A DNA stretch of 64,000 nucleotides, taken from NCBI GenBank assembly GCA_964016885.1, contig OZ024742.1:324198001-324262000 (forward strand), written 5' to 3'. This document shows positions 1 to 13,588 of this stretch, one piece after another. The position numbers and the translations under genes were made by a program. This DNA is from Eledone cirrhosa (lineage: Eukaryota). The notes beneath the pieces are model-generated. The model did not search any database. It was given only the letters and a program-made list of their open reading frames with translations, and was not told the DNA's origin. Within the stretch, counting starts at the first letter, position 1. Each line of letters begins with the position of its first letter.

Positions 1-730
1 GAAAATTCTTGAATGAAAATTACCTATCTAATTTAATCACGTGCTTTGCATTACATCTTACATAACATATATTCATTTTATCACCACATGTCTTTCTACC
101 ATATAGGACGCCATTTTAAAAATTTTAAACACTTCTAACACTTGTAACATGCTTTTACATTCTACATGAAATATGCTTGTTTCATTGATTATATAACTCT
201 TACCTCATACATGCCTTTATTAATTGTATTAACTCTTGCATTATATAACCTTAACATTACCTGATTTCCAATGCTATGAAATCTTTTATCTATCTTATCT
301 TACATCTTTTTTTGTTTGTACTTTTTGCACATGTATTACCTTAAACAATATCTTTTTATACATAATATGCTTAATTTTTCACTTTTCACCATTGCTCCTT
401 ATAATTGTATTTTCTGAAGCATAACATTCTTTTTTATCTCCTGATTTTCTATATGATGTCTTTGACAGACAACAGTTATGTATCTACCTAAATGTTCTGA
501 AGACTAGGATTTTAATTACCTGTTTAAACATTCTCTATGCTCCGATGATTCCAGACATCCCTCTGGAAGAAACAATTGCCAGCAAATAAATGTATTAAAC
601 TAAGATTTGATTGTTTTAATATTTTGTACCTCGGCTCCGTAATACATTTGAAAACTTGCATTGAGCCTTTTCTCCTAAAGGTAATTGGCTAGTACTTAGT
701 ACTACCCTCCATATTTATAATTGTATATTA
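1..730 (+). mobile_element. Probable 3' end (pseudo-LTR) of a Penelope-like element
   Basis: AT-rich segment with an HHR-like motif at 538-584 followed by AATAAA, then a (TA)n tract; no recognisable ORF. Confidence 0.45.
538..584 (+). ncRNA. Degenerate minimal type I hammerhead ribozyme (U4C core, GCC at the cleavage triplet)
   Basis: TGCT-CCGATGA-TTCCAGA catccc TCTGGAA-GAAAC-AATT-GCC-AGCA. Confidence 0.55.
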
Positions 731-790
731 AACATATATAAGTATAAATATTATTATTATTACTATATATATATATATATATATAACATA

Positions 791-885
791 CAGGGTGTCC
801 CAAAACATTTGATACACACTTCAGCAGCATTCTAATAAATATTGCCTGTACAGGTAATCAAAGTGTGTATACATTTTTTGGGAAG

Positions 886-891
<6 letters not shown>
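791..891. mobile_element. Tc1/mariner-type MITE (~100 bp)
   Basis: TIRs CAGGGTGTCCCAAAA / TTTTGGGAAGACCCT flanked by TA; related partial copy at 20185-20262. Confidence 0.7.
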
Positions 892-959
<68 letters not shown>

Positions 960-1254
960 TGTTTATCGAAATTGTGTGTATATTGATAATCGATGTGTGC
1001 CAAAACGGTTTATTACAGGGCATGATATTTCTCTCACAAAACAAAATAAAAACGGTCGAATTTGGAAACGAAAATCATTAATCATTGTTAACACTATCAA
1101 GCAACAAATCGGATTAATTGATTTGGGCCGCTACAGCTTCAATACCTATTGTTGTATATTTTAGTAAAATCTGTTTGCTTTCTGGCCTTATATTTCAAAT
1201 GTTCACACACGCACACGCACACGCACACACGCACACGCACACACACACACACAT

Positions 1255-1333
<79 letters not shown>

Positions 1334-1407
1334 GCATAGGGATGGCGGTGTTCTTAAGAGGTAAACGACGGAAACTGTGCGGAAACCCGTACTTATTATT
1401 TATAAAG

Positions 1408-1622
1408 GGTGGTGGATTGGCAGTATCAGTAGAGCGTCAGACACCATGCTTTGCAGCATAGAGTTATGGGCCTTTACGTTCTGAGTTCAAATCCCGCTGA
1501 GGTTAACTTTGCCTTTCATCCTTACGGGATCGATAAAAGAAACCACCAGTAATGCACTGGAGTCGATTTAATCGACTTTCCCCTCCCACCAAATTGCTAG
1601 CCTTGTGCCTATAGTAGAAATC
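1408..1622 (+). mobile_element. tRNA-derived SINE (octopus OK-like)
   Basis: GGTGGATTGGCAGTATC...GAGTTCAAATCCC (B box)...GCCTTTCATCC...GTCGATTTAATCGAC...GCCTTGTGCC. Confidence 0.85.
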
Positions 1623-1771
1623 TTTATATCTTCGCTTTTCCTTTTCTCCCATTGGGACTTTAAAACATGTAAAGTAAATTATTTGTATTTAATTGATTCT
1701 GATGAACTATTCTTGCAGGAATGGACTCTTCATTCCTTTTAGTCTGGCCAAACATTAAATGCTTTAATAAT

Positions 1772-1990
1772 GATTTCTACTTTAGGCACAAGGCCAGTAA
1801 TTTGACGGGGAGGGGGAAGTCGATTAAATCGACCCCAATGCATTACTGGTACTTTATTTTATCGATCCCGTAAGGATGAAAGGCAAAGTTGATCTCGGCG
1901 GGATTTGAACTCAGACGGTAAAGGGCTGTAACTCTATGCTGCAAAGCATGGTGTCCGACTCTCCACCGATACTGCCAATCCACCACCCCT
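1772..1990 (-). mobile_element. tRNA-derived SINE (OK-like)
   Basis: Reverse complement of the 1408-1622 family, full length. Confidence 0.85.
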
Positions 1991-2019
1991 AAACGCTTTA
2001 ATAATAATCCTTGACTAAG

Positions 2020-2076
<57 letters not shown>

Positions 2077-2084
2077 CCTCTCTA

Positions 2085-2423
<339 letters not shown>

Positions 2424-2506
2424 CATGAGAAGAAAGAAGAATACTGCGTGGTTGCACATGGGTTACATATGATAAAAATACTCCTTCGTCAGTGATTTAT
2501 ATATAT

Positions 2507-2574
<68 letters not shown>

Positions 2575-2576
<2 letters not shown>

Positions 2577-2880
2577 CAATCGAAAGGTTGTGAGTTCAAT
2601 TCTCAGACCGGGTGATGTGTTGTTTCCTTGAGCAAGACACTTTATTTCACATTGCTCCAGTTTACTCAGCTGTAGAAATGAGATGATAGAGACTGGGATC
2701 CATATCATTCCACTGCAAAGTGGTCGTGGAGGTGCCACGGCAAAAAAGCACCCAGCACTCACTGTAAATGAGGTTGGTGTTAGGAAGGGCATCCAGCTGT
2801 AGAAATCAAGCCAGAATCAGTTCCCGTCCCACCCTTGCAAGCAGGGAAAAGCGGACGTAAAATGATGATGATGATGATGA

Positions 2881-2883
<3 letters not shown>
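2575..2883 (+). mobile_element. Second SINE family (tRNA/CORE-like head, LINE-type tail ending in (GAT)n)
   Basis: GAGTTCAATTC B-box-like motif, CCTTGAGCAAGACACTT, tail GTTAGGAAGGGCATCCAGCTGTAGAAA...GGACGTAAAATGATGATG. Confidence 0.65.
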
Positions 2884-2922
<39 letters not shown>

Positions 2923-3412
2923 TTAAAAGCAAGTAAGCTAATCAGGAGGAGAGAAAAGTAATTAGTTATCCAGTAGAGAGAAGGTTAGTGTGCTCGATGC
3001 ATATAGGTTGCTAGACTAGCGAGCCATGCGAATAGAAAGTAACAATCGTATTATTAGCAGAGCAAAATTTATGTTTAAAATGCTGGAGAGAACAACAAAG
3101 ATTTTTCTCTCCAGCATGTTGAATATTATATATATATACAGTAGCGGACTGGGTCTAAAAATATTGGTTGCCAGGAGATGAAGGGGGGCCACCTACATAT
3201 AGAATGTTATCATTTAATTTTTATAATGAATAAATAACATTTAAAAAAAATACATAAGTGGAAACAAAACAGTGCAATCAAATTTTTGCGGAAAAATATC
3301 TTACCTTCTCCAATAAAAAATATTATGAATTTTGCGATGACCAGAAGTCGAACCTAAATATTACTAATAACTCTAGGAAAGCTATGAACGACACCACATA
3401 TTTTCAACTTTG

Positions 3413-3757
3413 ATTTTGAAAGTAGGTTTATAATTATCAATTTTCATCGTACTTTTGTAGCTGCCTCGGTGGCCTAGTGGGAGGAATCATAGCCGGTGGT
3501 GATCCTGGTCTGAAGTTCGATCCTAGCTGGGAATAGGGTTCCCAGTAAACTTTTTCAGTTTTTATTTTATAGCCCATAGAAAAAAACTGAAAAGGTTTAC
3601 TGGGAACCCTATTCCCGACCAGGATATTACATGTACCTTTTGACCAAGATTGAACCCAAGGGCAGAATCGCCACCGTCTATAGTACCTACGGCTAGGTCA
3701 CAGAGACAACTACGAAAATCTTATGAAAATTCATACTTATAAACCTACATTCAAAAT
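3413..3757. repeat. Palindrome of two convergent tRNA-like arms
   Basis: A box TGGCCTAGTGG at 3470-3480 and B box GTTCGATCC at 3515-3523; arm 3413-3567 is an inverted copy of 3578-3757. Confidence 0.65.
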
Positions 3758-3863
3758 TTATATATATATATATATATATATACCACCTTCACCACTATTT
3801 GATTTGATAGATGTCTTTAACCCATAGATACCAAATATTATTTGGTCAGTAGTTCGTGTGTAA

Positions 3864-3905
<42 letters not shown>

Positions 3906-3974
3906 TTGTGTGTCTGTGTCTATATATGTATGTTTGCATGCATGAATGAATACACTAAGCTTTAGATTTAGTAG

Positions 3975-5335
3975 AATGTACAACCACCGATTCCAGCTAT
4001 TTACCTGTCGTATGGAGCCCCGAGCATGCTCCTTGCTGCTGATACGGTCATACCTTCGGCTACTGGGGTCCAACAGGGCGACCCCTTGGGTCCCCCTCCT
4101 GTTTGCCCTTGGTATAGACCACATCGCCCGGAGTATCACAGCCCCTCTCAGACTGTCTGCCATGACCTACAATCGGTGGTTCCTGTCCTGGCGGGAATCG
4201 GCTCCAGGTCAACTCGGCAAAGTCGGAGGTGGTGAATGTCAGTCACGATGCTGAGAGCTTTGCAGCCTCCGTCTCGGACGTGCGGTCCATTCTCCACCAG
4301 GTACAGGTGACCCCAAAGAGGATGTCCTCATCCTCGGATCACCGATCCACCCGCCGGCCATCCGCTCCACCATCAGGTCCAGGCTTCAACAACTCCAGAC
4401 TCTCACGAACCGACTCGGCCTGATCGACGGCCACCCAGCTATCTTTCTGGCGAGGAACTGCTTCGCCATGCCGAAGCTCCTCTACAACCTCCGCAGCACT
4501 CTGTGCTACACCCACACATCTCTCCTCGCTGACCTCGATACTTGTATCCGGGCAGCAACCGAGGAGATATGCAACGTCAAGTTTGACGACATTGGATAGC
4601 AACAGGCCACTTTACCTGTCAGGTATGGCGGCCTTGGCCTCCGGTCCCCGATCTCGCTGGCTTTGCCGGCGTATCTTTCGTTGGTAACCTCGTGCCGCGA
4701 CCTCGTCAGCAGAGTTCTTCAAAACACAATAGAACCCTCTGTGTTCAGAGAACGTGAGGCCGCCTGTGAAACGTGGGACCGGTTGGGACTTAGCCCAGTA
4801 GACGTCCCTCCTCCTTCTCCCCCTGTTGACATCAAGTCCCCCCAAAGCACTTGGGATACCATCCAGTGCATCCTGGCCTTAGACAGGCTCACGCGACAGC
4901 TCGACCAGCACCGCCTTGCCTGCTTTCGTGCGGCCTCCAAACCCCGCAGTGGTGCTTGGCTCCATGCCCTGCCCTCCTTCTCCACTGGCACGCAGCTAGA
5001 CAACAATAGCCTGCGCATCGGCGTTTCCTTGAGGCTCGGCCTCCGGATCTGCGAGCGACACCAATGTCGCTGCCGATCTACCGTGGACTCTTTCGGCCTG
5101 CATCCGCTTTCCTGTCGACACAGTGCCGGCCGCCATCCACGCCATGCTGCCCTCAACAAGGTCATAAAGCATGGATTGGACGCTGCGGGCTTCCCTTCCT
5201 AGCTCGAGCCGATGGGGCTGGACCGAGGGGACGCCAAAAGGCCAGATGGCATGACCATCTTCCCGTTCCGCGGTGGCAAACCCCTCGTCTGGGATGCTAC
5301 TTGCACCGACACTTTCTGCAGCCGTAACATCGCGT
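3975..5335 (+). pseudogene. CRE-clade non-LTR retrotransposon fragment (RT end, Zn motif, RLE endonuclease), disrupted
   Basis: Motifs GVQQGDPLGP, QATLPVRYGGLGL, GAWLHALP, CRC...HPLSC...RHAALN, KRPDG...LVWDATC; frameshifts and stops. Confidence 0.85.
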
Positions 5336-5620
5336 AACATTCCATATTTAGGTATCCGAAACACAAAACTTTATTGTAGTTTGCACTATCGTATATATTG
5401 GTTTCTAGTAATTCCCTGAGGAATTGCTTAATTGTTTTATTTATTAAAAAAAAAAAAATTCTTTATTTCTTAGATTTCAGGTACTTTTTGAAAGCAAAGC
5501 ACTGGCCCCTAAAATACTACAGTGGGCCCTGCACTGTTACTGTGGGCTCATGCAATACTACCGTGGGCCCCCTGGGGCCCACTTGCCATTGGGCAACCTG
5601 GCAACCTGGCCAATCCACCA

Positions 5621-5666
<46 letters not shown>

Positions 5667-5799
5667 ATATTATTTATAGTTATGTATACACTATATACAA
5701 CTATAAACAGGAAAGGTCAGTAATTTATTACTACCTTATTACCAGTAAGAAAAATAGCTTAATGTAAATACATGAGATGTTTTACAGAGCCGGAATATA

Positions 5800-6642
<843 letters not shown>

Positions 6643-6698
6643 GAGGAAAGCACGAACGGGGGATCATTTTTCTTCATCAGTTGTCTGTTGGAGATCAT

Positions 6699-6741
<43 letters not shown>

Positions 6742-6924
6742 TATACACACATATATCGATTATTTCATTGCTGCTTCAGATATACATATAATCTTACCGT
6801 CATGACCTAAGACCCAGAGTTTTTGTCTCTTTGCATGCTGAGATAGCGACATATAAAATACAAGAGTGTAGAATAACTTTCACCATTTACCAGCTTTCTT
6901 ATAAGTGTGTATAGTACTCATCTT

Positions 6925-7925
6925 CATGATCATGATGATGATGGTGATGATGGTGGTGATGGTGGTAGTAGTGGTGATGCTGATGGTGATGGTGGTGATG
7001 GTGCTGATGGTGGTGATGGTGGTGATAGTGCTGATGGTGGTGATGATGATGATGGTGGAGATGGTGGTGATGGTGTTGATGATGGTGATGATGGTGATTA
7101 TGCTGATGGTGCTGATGGTGCTGATGGTAGTGATGGTGGTGATGGTGGTGATGATGATGGTGGTGGTGCTGATGGTGCTGATAGTGGTGATGATGATGAT
7201 GGTGATGGTGGTGATGGTAAAGATGCTGCTGATGGTGGTGATGGTGGTGGTGATGGTGGTGGTGATGGTGGTGGGGATTGTGATGGTGGCGATGGTGATG
7301 ATGGTGATGGTGGTGATGGTAAAGATGCTGCTGATGGTGTTGATGGTAAAGATGCTGTTGATGATGGTGACGGTGGTGGTGATGGTGGTGGTGGTGATGA
7401 TGATGGTGAGGATGTTGATGGTGATGATGATGATGGTTGTGATGCTGATGCTGGTTATTGTGGTTATGAGGCTGATGGTGGTGATGATGCTGATGGTGGT
7501 GATGATGATGATGATGCTCATGATGCTGATGATGGTGATGATGCTGATGGTGGTGATGATGATGAAGATGATGATGCTGATGGTGATGATGAAGATGGTG
7601 ATGATGCTGATGGTGGTGATGATGCTGATGGTGGTGATGATGCTGATGATGCTGATGATGATGAAGATGATGATGCTGATGGTGATGATGAAGATGGTGA
7701 TGATGCTGATGGTGGTGATGCTGCTGATGGTGATGATGATGATGCTGATGCTGATGATGATGAAGATGGTGATGATGAAGATGGTGGTGATGATGCTGAT
7801 GATGATGAAGATGGTGATGATGAAGATGGTGATGATGGTGATGATGGTGATGGTGGTGGTGGTGATGATATTACTGATGGTGATGATGGTGGTGATGGTG
7901 ATGATGATGGCGGTGATGATCATCA
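6925..7925. repeat. Cryptic trinucleotide repeat (GAT/GGT/GCT)
   Basis: About 1 kb of GAT/GGT/GCT triplets. Confidence 0.9.
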
Positions 7926-7978
7926 TAACAAATACATGTAACAAATCTATTTACAGTAGTAAATTGATCTTTATAATA

Positions 7979-8198
7979 ATTGTTTCTTATATAGGCACAG
8001 GGCCAGCAATTTTTGGGGAGGGGAAAGTCGATTAAATCGACCCCAGTGCGTGACTGGTACTTTATTTTATCGACCCCGTAAGGATGAAAGTCAAAGTTAA
8101 CCTCGGCGGGATTTGAACTCAGATCATAAAGGGCCGTAACTCTATGCATCAAAGCATGGCGTCCGACCCTCTACCTAAACTGCCAATCCACCGCCCTT
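7979..8198 (-). mobile_element. OK-like SINE
   Basis: Full-length reverse-complement match to the family. Confidence 0.85.
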
Positions 8199-8267
8199 CA
8201 GTGATGTTTATAATAGTAAAAACAATTTAATAGAAGAAGAAAAAAAAAATAGATTGAGAAGAAAGAA

Positions 8268-8530
8268 TAGGACGCCACGTGTGACACGTTCTCCACCTCC
8301 AGCTTAGTCGCCCCGGCCACAAACCCCGGTGTTGGGACCCGTTATGTAGAGAAAGGAAGGCCGCTTCCTCTTCGTAGTGGTCACCGTCGAGACCTCAGGC
8401 GTACTTGGACCCCATACTTCCGTAAGATCGGAACGTCAGTGGCCCATCTGAGGAAGGTGCCCCGCGAGGTGGTGTGGCTGTTGCAGCGGGTATCGCTGGC
8501 CACTGTCCGCAGGGCGCTGCCCCATTAAAA
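8268..8530 (+). pseudogene. CRE-clade 3' fragment
   Basis: DATCDTF...VETSGVLGP...REVVWLLQRVSLA. Confidence 0.7.
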
Positions 8531-8860
8531 CCGCGTCTTAGGTCTAGAGCCCTCCTCTCCCCCCCCATTCTTCTGTGACACTACAGCCCTTGCCTTTCCC
8601 TTCCTTTTCCGTTGTTTCTCATAACAATTATCCCCATCACTATCATAACAATAATCATCATCGACATCATTCTCCTCGATATCATCACCATCATCATCAC
8701 CATCATCATCACCGTCATCATCATCCTCTCCCTCATCATCATCATCCTCTCCCTCATCAGCATCATCATCATCATCATCATCACCACCACCATCATCATC
8801 ATCATCATCATCATCCTCTCCCTCATCATCAGCATCATCACCATCAACATCACCGTCACC

Positions 8861-10378
8861 AGTAAGGTGATAGTAAGGTGTTAGTATGGTAGTAGTAAGG
8901 TGTTAGTATGGTAGTAGTAAAGTAGTAGTCAGGTAGTAGTAAGGTTGTAGTAAGGTGGTAGTAAGGTAGTAATCAAGTAGTAGTAGGGTGATAGTATGGT
9001 AGTAGTATGGTGGTAGTAAGGTAGTAGTAAGGTTGTAGTCAGGTAGTAGTAAGGTGATAGTATGGTAGTCGTATGTTGGTAGTAAGGTGGTAGTAAGGTG
9101 GTAGTAAGGTAGTAGTCAGGTAGTAGTAAGGTGATTAGTATGGTAGTCGTATGGTGGTAATAAGGTGGTAGTAAGGTAGTAGTCAGGTAGTAGTAAGGTG
9201 ATAGTATGGTAGTAGTATGGTGGTAGTAAGGTGATAGTATGGTGGTAGTAAGGTAGTAGTCAGGTAGTAGTAAGGTGATAGTATGGTAGTAGTAAGGTAG
9301 TAGTAAGGTAGTAGTAAGTGACAGTATGGTAGTAGTAAGGTAATAGTAAGGTGATAGTATGGTAGTAGTATGGTGGTAGTAAGGTGGTAGTAAGGTAGTA
9401 GTCAGGTAGTAGTAAGGTGATAGTATGGTAGTCGTATGGTGGTAATAAGGTGGTAGTAAGGTAGTAGTCAGGTAGTAGTAAGGTGATAGTATGGTAGTAG
9501 TATGGTGGTAGTAAGGTGATAGTATGGTGGTAGTAAGGTAGTAGTCAGGTAGTAGTAAGGTGATAGTATGGTAGTAGTAAGGTAGTAGTAAGGTAGTAGT
9601 AAGTGACAGTATGGTAGTAGTAAGGTAATAGTAAGGTGATAGTATGGTAGTAGTATGGTGGTAGTAAGGTGGTAATATGGTGGTAGTAAGGTAGTAGTTA
9701 GGTAGTAGTAAGGTGATAGTATGGTAGTAGTATGGTGGTAGTAAGGTAGTAGTAAGGTAGTAGTAAGGTAGTAGTAAGGTAGTAGTAAGGTGATAGTATG
9801 GTAGTAGTATGGTAGTAGTAAGGTTGTAGTAAGGTAGTAGTAAGGTAGTAGTATGGTAGTAGTAAGGTAGTAGTAAGGTGATAGTATGGTAGTAGTATGG
9901 TAGTAGTAAGGTAGTAGTAAGGTAGTAGTAAGGTGATAGTATGGTAGTAGTATGGTTGTAGTAAGGTTGTAGTAAGGTAGTAGTAAGGTAGTAGTATGGT
10001 AGTAGTAAGGTAGTAGTAAGGTAGTAGTAAGGTAGTAGTAAGGTGATAGTATGGTAGTAGTATGGTAGTAGTAAGGTTGTAGTAAGGTAGTAGTAAGGTA
10101 GTAGTATGGTAGTAGTAAGGTAGTAGTAAGGTAATAGTATGGTAGTAGTAAGGTTGTAGTAAGGTAGTAGTATGGTGGTAGTATGGTGGTAGTAAGGTGG
10201 TAGTAAGGTAGTAGTAAGGTTGTAATATGGTAGTAGTAAGGTAGTAGTAATGTAGTAGTAAGGTAGAAGTAAGGTAGTAGTAAGGTGATAGTAAGGTAGT
10301 AGTAAGGTAGTAGTAAGGTAGTAATATGGTAGTAGTAAGGTAGTAGTAAGGTAGTAGTAAGGTAGTAGTAAGGTAATA
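8861..10378. repeat. 11-bp minisatellite (GGTAGTAGTAA)n with variants
   Basis: Direct tandem repetition, with internal duplicated blocks. Confidence 0.92.
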
Positions 10379-10715
10379 ACATTAGCCGAGGTTCCTTCAC
10401 TCCCACTAGTTTGACAAGGTTCCAACTAAGTTTAGGAAAACTAATGTCAGAAATACTAATTAAAACCTGAAATCTCTCTCATATTTATTCATTCTTATTT
10501 AGTTATTTTATTTTATTCTATTTATTTACTTGATTTTTATTTCCAAATTTCTTTCTTTCTTTCTTTCTTTATTTGTTTACTTATATATTTTTTTACTTGA
10601 AAGTTAAGTTGTAATCATCGATTCGGAAATTGGCCTGAGGAGCTGAACACAGTAAATCCATTAGAGTTTGTATTTTACTTTATTATTATTTCCCTTCAAC
10701 CCGATATAATAATTA

Positions 10716-11405
10716 TTGTTTCTACTTTTAGCACAAGGCCAGGAATTTGAAGTAAAAAGGGGAAAGTCGATTAAATTGACCCCAGTGTGTTACTGGTACT
10801 GTATTTTATCGACTCCACAAGGATAAAAGATAAAGTTGACATAGGTCGGGTTTAAATTCAGAACGTAAAGAGCAATGCCGGATTTACCATTGTGCTTACG
10901 TGTGGGGGCCTCATAGCTTAACTAGCACAGGGCCTCATTTGTCCTAAATCCGGCACTGGTAAAGAGCTATTACTAAATGCTACAAAGCATTTTGTCCGAT
11001 GCTCAAAGGATCCCGCCAAATTCTCTCTAACATTGGCGCAAGGCCAGAAATTTTGTAGAAGGGAAATATCGATTATATCGACCACAGTACTTAACCATTA
11101 CTTTATTTTATCGATTCCTGAAAGTTGACCTCGGCAGGATTTGAACTTAGAATGTAAAGATCCAGAACAAATATTGTATAACATTTTTCTAAACACTTAA
11201 GGGCTTCTGTCAATCTACCACCCTAATAATTGTTTCTACGTTAGGCACAAGGCCAGCAATTACCCAGTGTATTACTGGTACTTTATTTTATCGACCCCGT
11301 AAGGATGAAAGGCAAAGTCAACGTCTAATTTACGTACACGGCTAACAATTTAATGGGTTAAAAAAGTCGATTACATTGATCCAGTACTTAACTGCTACTT
11401 TATTT
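10716..11405 (-). mobile_element. Cluster of 3-4 diverged or partial OK-like SINEs
   Basis: Repeated GCACAAGGCCAG, ACTTTATTTTATCGAC and AAAGTTGAC segments. Confidence 0.75.
10873..10958. mobile_element. 86-bp hAT MITE with an 8-bp target-site duplication
   Basis: TIRs CAATGCCGGATTTA / TAAATCCGGCACTG; TSD GTAAAGAG at 10865-10872 and 10959-10966. Confidence 0.9.
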
Positions 11406-11406
11406 T

Positions 11407-11590
11407 CCCTCTCTCTCATCTGTCTCGTAGTCTGGTGGACCGTTGGGGCGCCACAGATGATCTGGCAACCAGCTCCTTCCATTCATCTTGCTTCTCCTTC
11501 CTCCTCATGGTTGCACCCAGCTTTATGCTTGTCCATTCTGGGATGTTGTCTTCCCATCTCTTTTTCTATCTGCCTCTCTCCCTCCTTCTA
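11407..11590 (-). pseudogene. RTE (BovB-like) LINE 3' end
   Basis: Minus strand reads RGR*KKRWEDNIPEWT...WKELVARSSVAPQRSTRLRDR*. Confidence 0.8.
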
Positions 11591-11920
11591 CAACAGCAAC
11601 AACAAATAGTATTAACAAAACAAAACAAAACAAAACAAAACAAAACAAAACAAAACAAAACAAAACAAAACAAAAAAAAAAAATCAAAAAGGAAAATAAA
11701 TGCAATTTGGTGTTTAAATTATTTTTTGTTTCGTGGTTTTATTTTTCTATCTTAACCTATCTAATGAGAATTAGTGAAAATAAAATTGTTGGTATCACTC
11801 AACTAAAAACCTCGCCAACCCCGCGGCCGGAAATAAAACAATAACAACAATGAATACGGTCTCAGTTATGATAAAACTTTTGATTGCAATACAAGCGGTA
11901 AAAGGTGCCTAATTTAGAAA

Positions 11921-12243
11921 CCATATATATATATAAATTTGAGCGACTTCCGTCCGTCATGTGTGTGCGCGTATGTGTATGTTTGCGTGAATGTATGTGT
12001 ATGTAAAAGGAAGTTAAGGGGATGGTGAAAAAAACCATAGCAAAACAGCGGCTGGAATTCCATTTGCTACGCTGTCTGTGAGTGTATGTGTATGTGTAAA
12101 TGTATGTGTGTGATTGTGTGAATGTATTTGTGTAACTGTATGTCTGTGAGTGTGTATTTTTGTAAATGTGTCTGTGTTTGTGCGTTTACATTCACACACT
12201 CATACATACACATACACGCGTCAGCGTGTTGAAAAAATTCTAG
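11921..12243 (+). mobile_element. Non-autonomous Helitron
   Basis: 3' hairpin ACACGC gtca GCGTGT (12214-12229) about 10 nt before CTAG|T; TATATATAAA-rich 5' end, but the 5' TC is not intact. Confidence 0.6.
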
Positions 12244-13534
12244 TTATGTAAAAATTGAGATATATCAATAAAAGGATGCGAATTGAAAGAGTTGTGAGGA
12301 CACCAAGTTGAATGCTTTGTAGTATTCGGTCCAGCTCCCTGCGTACTGAGTCCATTTCCTGCCGAGGTTAATTTTGCATTTGATCTTTTCAAGGTTGATA
12401 AAAAACCCCAATCCAGTACGGGAGTAGATTCTTCCTCTATATCATCTCTTTATCACTTTCCCGTTTCTCTCTTTTTCTCTCTCTCTTACTCCCCCACCCA
12501 CTCTCTCTGGAAGAAATTGGCTACATTCTGACCAGGAGAGGGATGGGTTCCTCCAAGTTCAAAATGCCAAAGACACGCTGTATGTAACTCTGGCACCCTT
12601 ACAACTCCATCGGGAGTTAATAGTCTGTCTGTCTGTCCCTCCTTCTTTCCATCCATCCATACATACACATATACACATACATATATACACACATACATAC
12701 ACACACATATACATACACACATACATATACACATGCATACATACATACATACATACATACATACATACATACATACATACATACATACATACATACTTAC
12801 GAAGATACATATATACGTACATACATACACACACATACACACCCATCCATCCAACCATACAAACATACATATATACATACATGCATATATACAAATACAC
12901 ACATACATACATATATACATCTATACATCTATACATACACTTACATACATACTTACAAACATACATACAAGCATGTCAATACCAACATGAAACATGTAAC
13001 CACCAAAAAGGAATATTTACTATTAATGCACTTACATGCACTTAAATCAACTTCAAGCAATATTTTTAGACCATTACAAACATACAGAGTTAGCTGTTTT
13101 TTTCTTTCTTTATTCCTTTTTGTTTCGTATTCATTGGTCTGAAAAGACACAAAATTGAAATGGTTGTCATACGATTAATCTGTACAGCTTGTTCATTTAG
13201 GCGTTTGCTAGGTAATTTTAAGTGCAGTTTATAGTAAAATGTATTTTCTCTATTTCTTGTTCAATGATGCTTAATATTTGTGTCTGAATATTTATTTTCA
13301 ATGGTGTCTACAAAAGTTTTTAGCTAAATCGACCGTGCCACACTTTTTTTGCATTATGCTTGCAACCATATCAGAAACAAAAATCTGTAAGTATTCATTA
13401 TGTTGTTGTTGTTGTTGTTGTTATCCTGTAGCCTGATGGCGGTCCCGATCAATCGGACATATATGATAGAAGGCATTTCAAGCGGAATTTTTATCCCATC
13501 CTTTCCTCACTTTTATTTTGTTTATATAGTAGAT

Positions 13535-13588
13535 GTAGGCATGACCGAGTAGTTAAGAAGCTCGCCTTGCAATATTGGGGCCCAGGGT
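13535..13588 (+). mobile_element. Truncated tRNA-derived SINE head
   Basis: GTAGGCATGACCGAGTAGTTAAGAAGCTCGCCTTGCAA...CCAGGGTT, an A-box-like motif stopping at the B box. Confidence 0.45.

Larger units (their letters stand above)
3139..5623. mobile_element. Non-autonomous hAT-like DNA transposon carrying nested inserts
   Basis: TIRs CAGTAGCGGACTGG / CCAATCCACCACTG (11/14 match); subterminal GGGCCC and GGCAACC repeats; TATATATA on both flanks. Confidence 0.6.

Noticed and set aside
3463-3535. Functional tRNA gene
   Set aside because: A and B boxes are present but the cloverleaf is poor, and it lies within a repeat palindrome
6880-8035. Asp/Gly-rich 344-aa ORF resembling acidic biomineralisation proteins
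   Set aside because: Several frames are open simply because the triplet repeat lacks stop codons; no signal peptide or unique domain
8929-10425. 498-aa LLLPYYYLTTT ORF
   Set aside because: Translation artefact of the 11-bp minisatellite
13324-13393. Possible 64-nt host exon (TTTTTAG...|GTAAGT)
   Set aside because: No recognisable protein similarity or partner exons; such signals arise by chance
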